Shown: positions 28,268 through 36,881 of the stretch, piece after piece
Layout: the number at the start of each line of letters is the position of its first letter
Position numbering within the stretch: the first letter of the stretch is position 1
Assembly (NCBI GenBank): GCA_041659465.1
Contig: JBAZYD010000001.1
Location: forward strand, 4,281-68,280
Source: Candidatus Micrarchaeia archaeon
Lineage (GTDB): Archaea > Micrarchaeota > Micrarchaeia > Anstonellales > Anstonellaceae
Length of the DNA stretch: 64,000 bases
Direction of reading: 5' to 3'
Position numbers and translations under genes: made by a program
The notes under the pieces: model-generated
Told to the model about the DNA's origin: nothing
Seen by the model: the letters and a program-made list of their open reading frames with translations, nothing else
The model's database searches: none

Positions 28268-29293
28268 TCTCAGCCGCATGAGGGACGCGCTCCTCCCAAG
28301 GCGCGAGAAAAGGCTTCCGTACGCGCGCTCGAACTCGTCGGGGGGCATTGCCGCGCGCAGGTCGGCCTCTATGAGTATGGCAGGGTAGGCGTATGCCTTG
28401 TGCTGGCAGGAAAGCGAATGCACGAACGACGCGATTTCTGAGAATGTGCGCTGCCCTGACAGGAATTCCACGCGAAGCGGCCTGTCGTCCTTCACGGGCT
28501 TGAGGTAGAAGGAGAGGATTTTTTCGCTCCACTGCCCCAAATCCTTGAGCACGGGGTGCTTGGACGACGAGGAGGAATAGGGGAATGCGCAGGTGCGCTC
28601 GCCAGATTCGAGCATGAAGTAAAGGAAATTCGTGTCTGACGTGTGCATAAAGCCCTGCTCGTTTTGCGAGTGCTTCTGCACGATGTCTATGAAGCGGCGG
28701 GAGCGGCTGTCCTTTATCACGCCCAAAAGAGTGGTGTTTGATTTCCAGGCTGATTCGTAGAGCGACTGGTAGGCTGCTAGCACTTCCTCGTACAGCGGGC
28801 GCATCTCCGAATCCTCTGACGGCTTGTCGGACAGGAGCGGCGCAATCGAGCCGTCCATCATGAGGTAGGATGGAGAGTGCTTCTGGATGAGGGAAGCTGC
28901 AAGGGAGAGCTCGCCCTTGAGGCGGAAAAGAGAGTTGTGCAGCATCACGTCGTGCGAGTCCAGCCCGCTTCTCACGTCGTACTGCATCGGGGGCGATGGG
29001 GAGGGGAAATAGGAGTAGGAGACTGTCCTTGAGGCGCGGTAGGTGAAAAGCGCGCCCACAGCGCGCATGAGGAGGAAATTGAAGCCATGCAGCTCCTCCC
29101 CCGCGATGCCGCCGTCCACAGCGGCAATGGTGCCCTCCACAGGCACAGGGGGCACCTTGTGCACAAGCTCGCGCTCCAGCGTCTCCTCGTACTCGATTTT
29201 CCCGGAATTGAAGCGCAGGCGGCGGGCAAGCTCCTCGCGCGCGCTTTCGGTGGAGGCAATCTGCGCTGCTATTTCTGACAAGCGGTCGGGCAT
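28244..29293 (-). CDS. NurA-like nuclease domain protein (putative)
   Basis: AAVDGG...LLMMDGSI resembles the NurA 5'-3' nuclease catalytic Asp motifs. It was chosen over the overlapping Arg-rich frame 28038..29360 because its composition is realistic. Confidence 0.45.
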   Translation of the reverse strand: MPDRLSEIAAQIASTESAREELARRLRFNSGKIEYEETLERELVHKVPPVPVEGTIAAVDGGIAGEELHGFNFLLMRAVGALFTYRASRTVSYSYFPSPSPPMQYDVRSGLDSHDVMLHNSLFRLKGELSLAASLIQKHSPSYLMMDGSIAPLLSDKPSEDSEMRPLYEEVLAAYQSLYESAWKSNTTLLGVIKDSRSRRFIDIVQKHSQNEQGFMHTSDTNFLYFMLESGERTCAFPYSSSSSKHPVLKDLGQWSEKILSFYLKPVKDDRPLRVEFLSGQRTFSEIASFVHSLSCQHKAYAYPAILIEADLRAAMPPDEFERAYGSLFSRLGRSASLMRLRRNERPFR

Positions 29294-29374
29294 GGCAGTA
29301 TAATGAGCGCAATCGTTTTATGCGCATGGGCTGGCAGGCATAGCAATATAATTTGTGCAACCGTTTCTATCCGC

Positions 29375-29725
29375 ATGGCACTCAAGCAGGCGATAGTCAT
29401 CAGGAACGACCTTGGCATGGGAAAGGGCAAGGCGGCAGGGCAGACGGCCCACGCCTCGGTCTCAGCCTATGCGCTTGCCAGGAGCCGCAGCCCCGAGGAT
29501 GCGCGCGAGTGGGAGGAGGAAGGGCAGAAGAAAATTGTCCTCAAGGTCGGCTCGGAAGAGGAGCTGCTTTCCCTTTACGAGCGCATGAAGCGCGAGATGC
29601 CCTGCGCGCTCATACGCGACGCGGGAAAGACGCAGCTTGAGCCTGGGACAATCACCTGCTTTGGCGCAGGCCCGGCGGAAGAGTCGCTAATCAACAAGTA
29701 CACCAAGGACCTCAAGCTTCTTTAG
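29375..29725 (+). CDS. pth2: Peptidyl-tRNA hydrolase, archaeal type (Pth2)
   Basis: MALKQAIVIRNDLGMGKGKAAGQTAHAS...ITCFGAGP is the classical Pth2 signature. ~116 aa. Confidence 0.88.
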   Translation: MALKQAIVIRNDLGMGKGKAAGQTAHASVSAYALARSRSPEDAREWEEEGQKKIVLKVGSEEELLSLYERMKREMPCALIRDAGKTQLEPGTITCFGAGPAEESLINKYTKDLKLL

Positions 29726-29868
29726 CGGCAGGCAGGGGACCTCAAGCCGCTCAGAATGCGCTAATTTTGTGAAAAGTGTCAGCGCGTGTAGATAACCTTA
29801 AAAACAGGTGCCAGCACATCCCAACTCCCTTCCCCTTAAGGGAAGCCAGCTAAGAGGTATTGTTTGTT

Positions 29869-30123
29869 ATGTCACACCCATATAACGCTTTGAGTGCAAT
29901 TGCGGAGAAGCCGCAAAAGTTCCAGCAAGGCCCCACGAAAGCCACCTATGTTGCGGACTGGCACATGAACGGCAAGGAAGTGAAGCTTGTGCCAGTGAAG
30001 CAGAATGACAAGAAAGGGCCGATGAGCCAATTCGCAAAGGAGAATGTGGTTGCAGAACCCATGCAGCCCCGCCTCCTCAATGCCAAAGAGCCAGAGCGCA
30101 CCGGCGCCGAGCACTATTTCTGA
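29869..30123 (+). CDS. Hypothetical small protein (85 aa)
   Basis: ORF with a GAGG-like RBS upstream. No recognisable domain. Confidence 0.35.
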   Translation: MSHPYNALSAIAEKPQKFQQGPTKATYVADWHMNGKEVKLVPVKQNDKKGPMSQFAKENVVAEPMQPRLLNAKEPERTGAEHYF

Positions 30124-30262
30124 AAGATGCAGCGGCGCCTTGTTCCCTTTTTCGTGTTTCCTTTTTGTTTTTTCCCCCGATACACCTGACAGAAGTGTGC
30201 AGCTTTAAAAGTCTTGCGCGGAAAATGGGGAAAACATTCGTTTTTACTATGGAGGTGAGACG

Positions 30263-31123
30263 ATGGCAGCAGAGAAAATGGAAGGCAAAGCAATTGAGAA
30301 AGGGGAATACGTCATAGGGATCGCGATAATACTTGCCGCGCTTCTTGTGTCGGGCACCGTTTTCATGGGCGTGGGCTCGATAACCGACGCCATAGGCAAG
30401 GTCAAATTGACCGTGAGCTCGGGCACGACCCCGACGCCATCGCCAACCCCGACACCCACGCCAACGCCCACCCCGACGCCGACCGTCCCGACGGTGCAGA
30501 AGCTGTCGGCCATCGACTACAGCTCGGCGCCGTTCCAGGGCAAGGCTGACGCAAGCGTGATAATGGTGGAGTACTCGGACTTCCAGTGCCCGTACTGCGA
30601 GAAGGTGCTTCCGGCAATCGCGCAGGTGAAGGCGGCATACCCGGACATGAAGTTCATCTTCAGGCAGTTCCCGCTCTCGTTCCACCCCAATGCGCAGAAG
30701 GCGGCAGAGGCCTCCCTTTGCGCGCTGCAGCAGGGCAAGTTCTGGGAGCTCCATGACAAGATGTACGCAAAGCAGGATGCAATCGCGGTGAGCGACATAA
30801 AGGGCTACGCGGCGGCAATAAGCGGCATGGACACTGCCAAGTTCAACGCATGCCTTGACGGCGGCTCGATGGCTGCAAAGGTCGCGGCTGAGGAGACCGA
30901 GGGCGCAGGCATAGGCATCCGCGGGACGCCAGGCTTCATGGTATACGCAAAGAGCGCCAAGAGCGACGCGCTTGTCGCCAAGCTCCAGTCAATCGCAGCC
31001 AACCTCCAGTCACTCGGAGTGGACGCATCGGTTGTCGAGGTCTCTGGGGCAGGCAACGGCATAGTGTTCGCAGGCGCGCTGCCATACGCGAACTTCCAGG
31101 AAGTCATGAACGCGTTCAACTAG
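30263..31123 (+). CDS. DsbA-like thioredoxin-fold thiol:disulfide oxidoreductase, membrane-anchored with a Pro/Thr-rich linker
   Basis: N-terminal TM, a (TP)n linker, the CPYC active site and a DsbA-like fold. Confidence 0.78.
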   Translation: MAAEKMEGKAIEKGEYVIGIAIILAALLVSGTVFMGVGSITDAIGKVKLTVSSGTTPTPSPTPTPTPTPTPTPTVPTVQKLSAIDYSSAPFQGKADASVIMVEYSDFQCPYCEKVLPAIAQVKAAYPDMKFIFRQFPLSFHPNAQKAAEASLCALQQGKFWELHDKMYAKQDAIAVSDIKGYAAAISGMDTAKFNACLDGGSMAAKVAAEETEGAGIGIRGTPGFMVYAKSAKSDALVAKLQSIAANLQSLGVDASVVEVSGAGNGIVFAGALPYANFQEVMNAFN

Positions 31124-31129
31124 GCGCGT

Positions 31130-31165
31130 TCCTTCTTTTTTTCTTCTTGTTTTTTTCCTTTCCGA
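31130..31165 (+). terminator. T-rich tract downstream of the dsbA-like gene (possible archaeal terminator)
   Basis: ttccttctttttttcttcttgtttttttcc lies immediately after the stop codon. Confidence 0.3.
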
Positions 31166-31262
31166 GCACGCTTTTTGCGCGTACCCACCTGGAGCGCAAA
31201 AAGGGTGCAGTTTCATTTTTATATTTGCCTAATGCACTATAGCACAAGACAGGTGAGATGTC

Positions 31263-31853
31263 ATGAAACAACCGGAAAAGCCAGGAGCTGACCGCATCAC
31301 GTACCTCATAGGCGTTGTGGCGATTGTGGCGCTTTTGCTGCTGGGCATATCAGCATATTTCGGCGCAGGCAAGGCAGGGGCAGGAGGCGCTGGCAATGCA
31401 GGCGGGCCCCAGGCAGGCGCGCAATTGGCAAACAAGAGCCTGCAGCCCCTGAAGAATTCCTCCTACATGCCGCCCAATGGCAGCGTTGCCACAGGCTCGG
31501 GAGGGGAGGCGCAGGTGCCGAATGCCAACGCCACCAAGGCGAAAAAGGAAGTTACGCTTGACTTTTTGTATGCGGACTGGTGCAGCCACTGCCAGGCAAT
31601 GAAGCCTGTTGTTGCCAAGCTCGAGTCCGAACTACCCAAGGACAGGTTCGTGGTGCGCTACTGGAACGAGGCGTCAAGGAGCAATGCCGATGTGGCGGCC
31701 GTGTACGCGGATTACAGCGCCAAGGGGTATTTCCAGGGCTTCCCGACATTCGTGGCAAACTGGGAGGATTACCGCGTGGGCGAGATGCCAGAGGCTGAGA
31801 TTCGGGCATGGGTGTGCTCGAAGTTTTCTGCGCCAAAGCCATCGGCATGTTGA
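31263..31853 (+). CDS. Thioredoxin-like protein, membrane-anchored (WCSHC active site)
   Basis: N-terminal TM helix, a Gly/Ala-rich linker, a WCSHC C-x-x-C motif and a thioredoxin-fold C-terminus. Confidence 0.72.
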   Translation: MKQPEKPGADRITYLIGVVAIVALLLLGISAYFGAGKAGAGGAGNAGGPQAGAQLANKSLQPLKNSSYMPPNGSVATGSGGEAQVPNANATKAKKEVTLDFLYADWCSHCQAMKPVVAKLESELPKDRFVVRYWNEASRSNADVAAVYADYSAKGYFQGFPTFVANWEDYRVGEMPEAEIRAWVCSKFSAPKPSAC

Positions 31854-31989
31854 AACTGGCAGGGGGTTTGGGCGGGCTCTCGGGATTTCCTGCCCAGAAG
31901 CCAGGCGCCTGTCAAAGGCAGCAGGGGGCCGGGCGGGCGCTTGAAGTTCTCGGCCCAAAAACCATCGGCATGCTGAAGCTCTCTTTTTA

Positions 31990-32811
31990 TTGTTTCCCTT
32001 CGTTCACCAGTGCATGTCGGAAATGGAAACGTTCATCCGCGGCTGCCTCCTTGGCGCGGCGCAGGAGATTGGGAAGGCAAGGCGCGCGGGGCTGTCTATC
32101 CGGGCAAAGGCAAGGAACGATATGGCTACATCAGCCGACCTTGCCGCGGAAAACTTCATAGTCGGCAGGATCAGGCGCGAATTCCCAGGCTCGGTCGTGC
32201 TTTCCGAGGAGTCCTACCTGAAGGCTGACCTTGAGCATGACTCGCTTTTCATCATAGACCCCATAGACGGCACGCACAATTTCATACAGGGGATACCGCT
32301 CTGGGGGATTTCGGTTGCGCATTATTCAGGCGGCAGGCCTACCGCAGGGGGCTGCCACTTTGTCCCGCAGAAGGAGATTTTCTATGCAGAGAAGGGGAAG
32401 GCTGCAACCCGCAACGGGAAAAGGGCATCGGTTTCAAAAATTGAAAAGCTCGAGGATTTTTTCCTGCTTTGCGACAGCAGGCTGCACCTTGCAAAGGAAA
32501 TGGGCTACATGGACCCTGTGCTTGCGCTTGAGAAGATGAGCCAGCACACGCGCTTTTTGGGCTCGGCGGTGTACAACGAATGCTATGTCGCGTGCGGCAT
32601 GGCGGACGCGCAGTTCGATTTCCGCCTCAAGCCCTATGACTTTGCCGCAGGCGCATTCATCGTGGAGCGCGCGGGCGGCACTGTGACTGATTTTGAGGGG
32701 AAAAGGTGGAGCCTTGCCACCGAGAAGGTCCTGTGCTCCAACGGAAGGCAGCACAGGAGGATAATCGACATGCTGCACGGGAAGGAAAACGCGCAGCCTG
32801 CCCAGGCTTAG
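31990..32811 (+). CDS. Inositol-monophosphatase family protein (IMPase/FBPase, SuhB-like)
   Basis: IIDPIDGTHNF motif plus the metal-binding WGISVA region. ~270 aa. Confidence 0.8.
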   Translation: MFPFVHQCMSEMETFIRGCLLGAAQEIGKARRAGLSIRAKARNDMATSADLAAENFIVGRIRREFPGSVVLSEESYLKADLEHDSLFIIDPIDGTHNFIQGIPLWGISVAHYSGGRPTAGGCHFVPQKEIFYAEKGKAATRNGKRASVSKIEKLEDFFLLCDSRLHLAKEMGYMDPVLALEKMSQHTRFLGSAVYNECYVACGMADAQFDFRLKPYDFAAGAFIVERAGGTVTDFEGKRWSLATEKVLCSNGRQHRRIIDMLHGKENAQPAQA

Positions 32812-32873
32812 CCGTCTGCATTCTGAACAGGAAGGAGCGGATAGTGAGCCTGTTTCTGAGCAAGCTGCGCTGC

Positions 32874-33587
32874 TTACTTTTGCTGCTTTGCAGCCGCTGC
32901 CTTTTCCTTTTCAGCGTGCTGCAGCATATTGGGATAGTGCGAGAGCATCGCGGAAACCGACAGCAGCATCACGGAGCAGAAGAGCGCGAAGAGGCAGACG
33001 GAAAAGAGGAGCGCGAGCAGGTTGATTGCCGAGAGCGCGGACTTGAAGCTCTGCTTTGCGGCGGAAAGCGAGGACGATGCATTGTCGATGTCTGCCGACA
33101 CGGCCTGCAATGAGGAGAGGGCAGCCTGCGTTGAGGCCGCCATCTGGGACGCGGATTGCGAGGCGTTGGAGAACTGCGCGGATGCTGTGCGCATGTCGTC
33201 CGCGGCCGACTGTAGGCGGGTGTCCAGGGAGAAAAGGGGCAGCGCTGCGATGTCGGAAAGCGATAATGAAAGCTTGGCAGTGGAATCCGAGTAGGACTGA
33301 AGGCCCGACGACAGGTTGCTAATCGTGCTGTATGCCGATGAGGAGGAGCCTGACATCATGAGCACGGACGCGCCTGCATCGGAAAGCGCCACCGATGCCG
33401 AGTCGAACTGGGGCATCAGTGCGGCTTCCGCGCTTGACAGCGCAAAGTACGCCGAGGCATAAATCGACAGGGAGGCCACCATGCCTGCAAGCGAAAGGAG
33501 GAAGGCCAGAAGCGCAAGCGCCGCCGAGGTGTTCTCCAACATGCCTTCGGGTATGCGCATGCTACATCCCCTGCTTTTTCTTCCCAA
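32874..33587 (-). CDS. Ser/Ala-rich membrane protein (TM helices at both ends), hypothetical
   Basis: N-terminal TM ALALLAFLLSLAGMVASL, a long S/A-rich low-complexity middle, and a C-terminal TM LLALLFSVCLFALFCSVMLL. Confidence 0.5.
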   Translation of the reverse strand: MGRKSRGCSMRIPEGMLENTSAALALLAFLLSLAGMVASLSIYASAYFALSSAEAALMPQFDSASVALSDAGASVLMMSGSSSSAYSTISNLSSGLQSYSDSTAKLSLSLSDIAALPLFSLDTRLQSAADDMRTASAQFSNASQSASQMAASTQAALSSLQAVSADIDNASSSLSAAKQSFKSALSAINLLALLFSVCLFALFCSVMLLSVSAMLSHYPNMLQHAEKEKAAAAKQQK

Positions 33588-35508
33588 GTATGTGGAAGAG
33601 GAATCCTGCAGCTATGAGCGCTATGAAGAACAGCACCACGGCAACCGAGGCCGCAGCGAGCGAGAGGGCCTGCGAGTCGCGGGATTTCGACTCTGCCGCT
33701 GCCTTTGCCTGGGATGCCATCTGCAGGGCTGAGGACGGGGAGGAATAGACTGTTTCCCTTGCCTGCGCCATGAGCGCGCGCTCCTTTGCCAGGTCGGGGG
33801 CGAACAGCATGGAGCGGCCTGCGGATGCGTTGAGCTCTATTTCCGAGATTGCTAGGGAGGCAATGGCCGCGTCGATGTCCTTAATGGATGCGCCCAGTGT
33901 GGCCTCGTATGCCGTTATCTCAAGGCCGGCAAGCCCAAGAGAGTGGTTTGCGGCCGCAAAGTCCCCGGCATCCGCGCTCTTCTGCGCAAGCGCCAGAAGG
34001 CCGTGCGAGCCCGAGAGGTTTATCCCCTGGCGGTAGGCGTCGGACTTTGCCTGGAGGGCGGCAATCCTTGAGGAAAGAGAGGTCATCTCGGATGCCAGAA
34101 GCGCCGTGGACTGGTTCTGCTTCCTCTCCTCCTCGACAGCCGCCCTTGATTCCGAGCCAGTCACGATGGAATCGGCAAGCGAGGGGAGGGAAAGCGCAAG
34201 GTCTGTCGCCGCCGCGTAGTTCTTCGAGGCAAGCGCCGAGGATGCCGCTGCAGCCTTGTTGTCGAACTGCACCACATAGGATGCGTTGGTGGCGGGCAAT
34301 GCCCTGTAGGGCGCGACCGTTGCCTGGGAGGACTGTATGAGGTACTTTACCCTAAGCTCCACGCTTTGCGTGAGCGCGGACTGGGCAGAGGTGCAGGAGG
34401 ACTTGGCGTTCTGCGCAATCGAGGATGCGGACGAGAATGCAAATGCGTCGTAGTATTGCCGCGCGGCCGAGACGAGGGTGTCGGATACCGAGTCGGGGGT
34501 GAATGAGACATTGAGCCTTGCTGCGACGGATTGCATGGTGCGGAGGCTTATGCAGGACGCGTTCGCGTCGGAAATCAGCTGGAGGATGACAGGGTCACCG
34601 CCCGTCTTGGTAATTGAGAACGCCTTGACGAGCCTGTTCTGCGTGTCCGCCACGTAAAGGGTGCCGTTGGCCGCCACCACGTCCTCAGGGTAGGACAGGT
34701 TGCCCCCTGCGGTGGACGAGTTCAGGACGTCCACCGGGTAGCCGTCAAGCGAGAACGCCACCACGCTTTTCAGGCTTGCATCGGCCACATAGAGGCGGTT
34801 GTCGGAAAAGTCCATGCCGCGCGGGGAGGCGAGGCTCACCCCTCCCTTTCCCCTGCCCATGGTGTACAGGAACGTGAAGTTGCGGTCATAGACGAAAATC
34901 AGCCCCTTGGCAGAGTCAGAGATGTACACCAGCCCGCCCTGGAAGATGATGTCCTGGGGGGAGGTGAGCTGCCCGTCAGAGCCGCCTGACTGGAGGATGG
35001 TGCTTGAGAATGCCTTGGTGGTGCGGGAGAACGCCACCAGCTGCCCGCGCGACGCGTCGGTCACGTATATCGTGCTGTTCGAGAAGGCAAGCCCTGATGC
35101 CCTCTGCACATTGGTGGCGCCGTTGTTCCACTTGTCCACCATGGAGCCCTGGCCAGTGTAGTAAAGTATGTTGCCCGAGCTGCCCCCGGCAATGTAGAGG
35201 AGGCTGCTGTAGCTGTCGAATGCCATGTGCATGGGGTTGCTAAGGTACGGCTCTGACGACGGGCTGGATGCGGTCTTTATGCGCGAGAGGCCGTCGCTCG
35301 CGTTCAGCGCATACACCAGGCTGTTGCCGCCGTCGGCCACATACAAGATGTCGCCCATGAGGTAAAGCGAGGAAGGCTGGGCGAACGCATAGTAATCGTC
35401 AGGGTCTGCGGCATTGGTGCCGTTTGTCATGTAAAGGAAATCGAACGAGGCCGACGCGAACGGGCAGAGAAGCAGAAGCGCCAGGGCAACGAATGCGAGA
35501 TACCTCAT
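33562..35508 (-). CDS. Cell-surface NHL-repeat (six-bladed beta-propeller) protein with an Ala/Ser-rich stalk and a C-terminal TM anchor
   Basis: Signal peptide MRYLAFVALALLLLCPFASA. Repeated LYVAD / IYVTD / VYISD blades. The C-terminus reads AVVLFFIALIAAGFLFHILGKKKQGM. Confidence 0.7.
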   Translation of the reverse strand: MRYLAFVALALLLLCPFASASFDFLYMTNGTNAADPDDYYAFAQPSSLYLMGDILYVADGGNSLVYALNASDGLSRIKTASSPSSEPYLSNPMHMAFDSYSSLLYIAGGSSGNILYYTGQGSMVDKWNNGATNVQRASGLAFSNSTIYVTDASRGQLVAFSRTTKAFSSTILQSGGSDGQLTSPQDIIFQGGLVYISDSAKGLIFVYDRNFTFLYTMGRGKGGVSLASPRGMDFSDNRLYVADASLKSVVAFSLDGYPVDVLNSSTAGGNLSYPEDVVAANGTLYVADTQNRLVKAFSITKTGGDPVILQLISDANASCISLRTMQSVAARLNVSFTPDSVSDTLVSAARQYYDAFAFSSASSIAQNAKSSCTSAQSALTQSVELRVKYLIQSSQATVAPYRALPATNASYVVQFDNKAAAASSALASKNYAAATDLALSLPSLADSIVTGSESRAAVEEERKQNQSTALLASEMTSLSSRIAALQAKSDAYRQGINLSGSHGLLALAQKSADAGDFAAANHSLGLAGLEITAYEATLGASIKDIDAAIASLAISEIELNASAGRSMLFAPDLAKERALMAQARETVYSSPSSALQMASQAKAAAESKSRDSQALSLAAASVAVVLFFIALIAAGFLFHILGKKKQGM

Positions 35509-35559
35509 AATAAACACCGTCATTGAATTGCGCGGGGGGGTTAAAAAAGATGAGTGTGC

Positions 35560-35722
35560 CCGCCTGAGTTCCCCTGTGGCGCTGCCTAAATGCTTGTTTT
35601 CGTCTTGTTTTTTATTTATTTTAACTAAAATAGGCATTAAATGTGAATTGACACATTAATTTCGTTACAAATCAGCGATTTATTTATAAATGAATGCCAT
35701 AAGAAAAGATTAGAGTGGAAAC
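35560..35722 (+). promoter_or_regulatory. AT-rich divergent promoter region containing the palindrome AATGTG-AATTGA-CACATT
   Basis: ~160 bp at under 30% GC between divergently oriented genes. An inverted repeat is visible at ~35650-35668. Confidence 0.4.
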
Positions 35723-36877
35723 ATGGTGAACGGGCATTCATTTGGAAGCAAGCTGCCTTCTTCGGAAGGGCTGCAAGGCTCAGCCTTGTCGCAGGCGATT
35801 CCCCAGCCCGGGGCTTCCAGCCAGAGGAAAGTGAGGATTGCCTACGTCACCTCGCCGCGCGAGCTTGAGGGAGAGGGAGTTGGATATGACGCGCGCATCG
35901 CCCCCACGCTTGGCTTCCTCCTGCAAAGGATTGCGCAGCGCGCGCCTGGCCTGGAAAACGCCGAGATTGCAGCCGTGATGGTGGATGATGACGGCACAGA
36001 GAGGCGCGAGCGCGTGCCTGGAAGCGGGGCGGGAACCACCCCGTCCGAGACATTCTCCTACCTTAGGCAGTCGTGCGAGCAGCACGGGATGATTTTCCAC
36101 CTCGAGCCCTCCAGAGGGTGGAGGGGCATACCGAGGAGCAGAAGTGAAGAGAAGCACAATGCCAAGATGGAGTTCGAAGGGAGGATACTGTCATTCATGA
36201 GGGAGAACGACATAGACGTCATTTTCTCGGATTCCTACGTGGTGCTGTTCAACTCTGCGATGCTTGATGAGAAGACGGGCTTCCGCGGGCTCATAATCAA
36301 CGTGCACCCTGCGCTTGCAACCGAAGTGCCTGGCGTTTTCCCGAACTTCGACGCGCTTGCAAGGGCAAGGCACTTCACGGATGACCCCGCGGAGAGGCAG
36401 GGGATAATAAGCGCAATCGAGGCAGGCGATGCCATTGTGGCAATACGCCGCGGCAAGTACGACGAAAGCATCCAGAGGATTTGCAGGAAGCAGGGAGTGG
36501 AGATAGAGCAGGATGGCGCTTACAACTATGTGCCTGTGAAGGAAAGCAACATAGGGTATGCTTTCACAGGCGCGACCGTGCACGAGGTGGACGAGCTTAT
36601 AGACCACGGGCCCACGGTAACGATGCTAAGGAGCACCCCGATAAGCGTTTCCGACAGCGTGCACGAGCTTCGCATCAGGAACTATGCCACCAAGAACGAG
36701 GCTGCCGCGCACGGGCTTGGCGCATTCATCACCAGGGAAAGCACCGCGCAGCTTATAACCGCCAACAGGATAATGAACCGCGCGTTCCAGGGGGAGCGCG
36801 CGCTTGCCGTCACGCTCCGTGCTCCAGCCGCCAGGGCGGTTGCGCAGCCGATGGGCAGGATGCGCATGCAGCAGTGA
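35723..36877 (+). CDS. Formyltransferase-family protein (PurN/PurU/Fmt-like catalytic domain) with a ~120-aa low-complexity N-terminal extension
   Basis: LIINVHPALATEVPGVFPN resembles the N-x-HPSLLP motif. DELIDHGPTVTMLRST...HELRIR resembles the D-x-G-P-I...E-H motif of the formyl-transferase C-terminal domain. Confidence 0.5.
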   Translation: MVNGHSFGSKLPSSEGLQGSALSQAIPQPGASSQRKVRIAYVTSPRELEGEGVGYDARIAPTLGFLLQRIAQRAPGLENAEIAAVMVDDDGTERRERVPGSGAGTTPSETFSYLRQSCEQHGMIFHLEPSRGWRGIPRSRSEEKHNAKMEFEGRILSFMRENDIDVIFSDSYVVLFNSAMLDEKTGFRGLIINVHPALATEVPGVFPNFDALARARHFTDDPAERQGIISAIEAGDAIVAIRRGKYDESIQRICRKQGVEIEQDGAYNYVPVKESNIGYAFTGATVHEVDELIDHGPTVTMLRSTPISVSDSVHELRIRNYATKNEAAAHGLGAFITRESTAQLITANRIMNRAFQGERALAVTLRAPAARAVAQPMGRMRMQQ

Positions 36878-36881
36878 GGGG

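Noticed and set aside
27956-28441. 161-aa ORF with the internally duplicated peptide APPPCAAPLCIFRAAVLPEWALVP
   Set aside because: It spans the 2 x 91-bp tandem DNA repeat. The duplication is at the DNA level in an intergenic region. The composition is Ala/Pro/Arg-rich.
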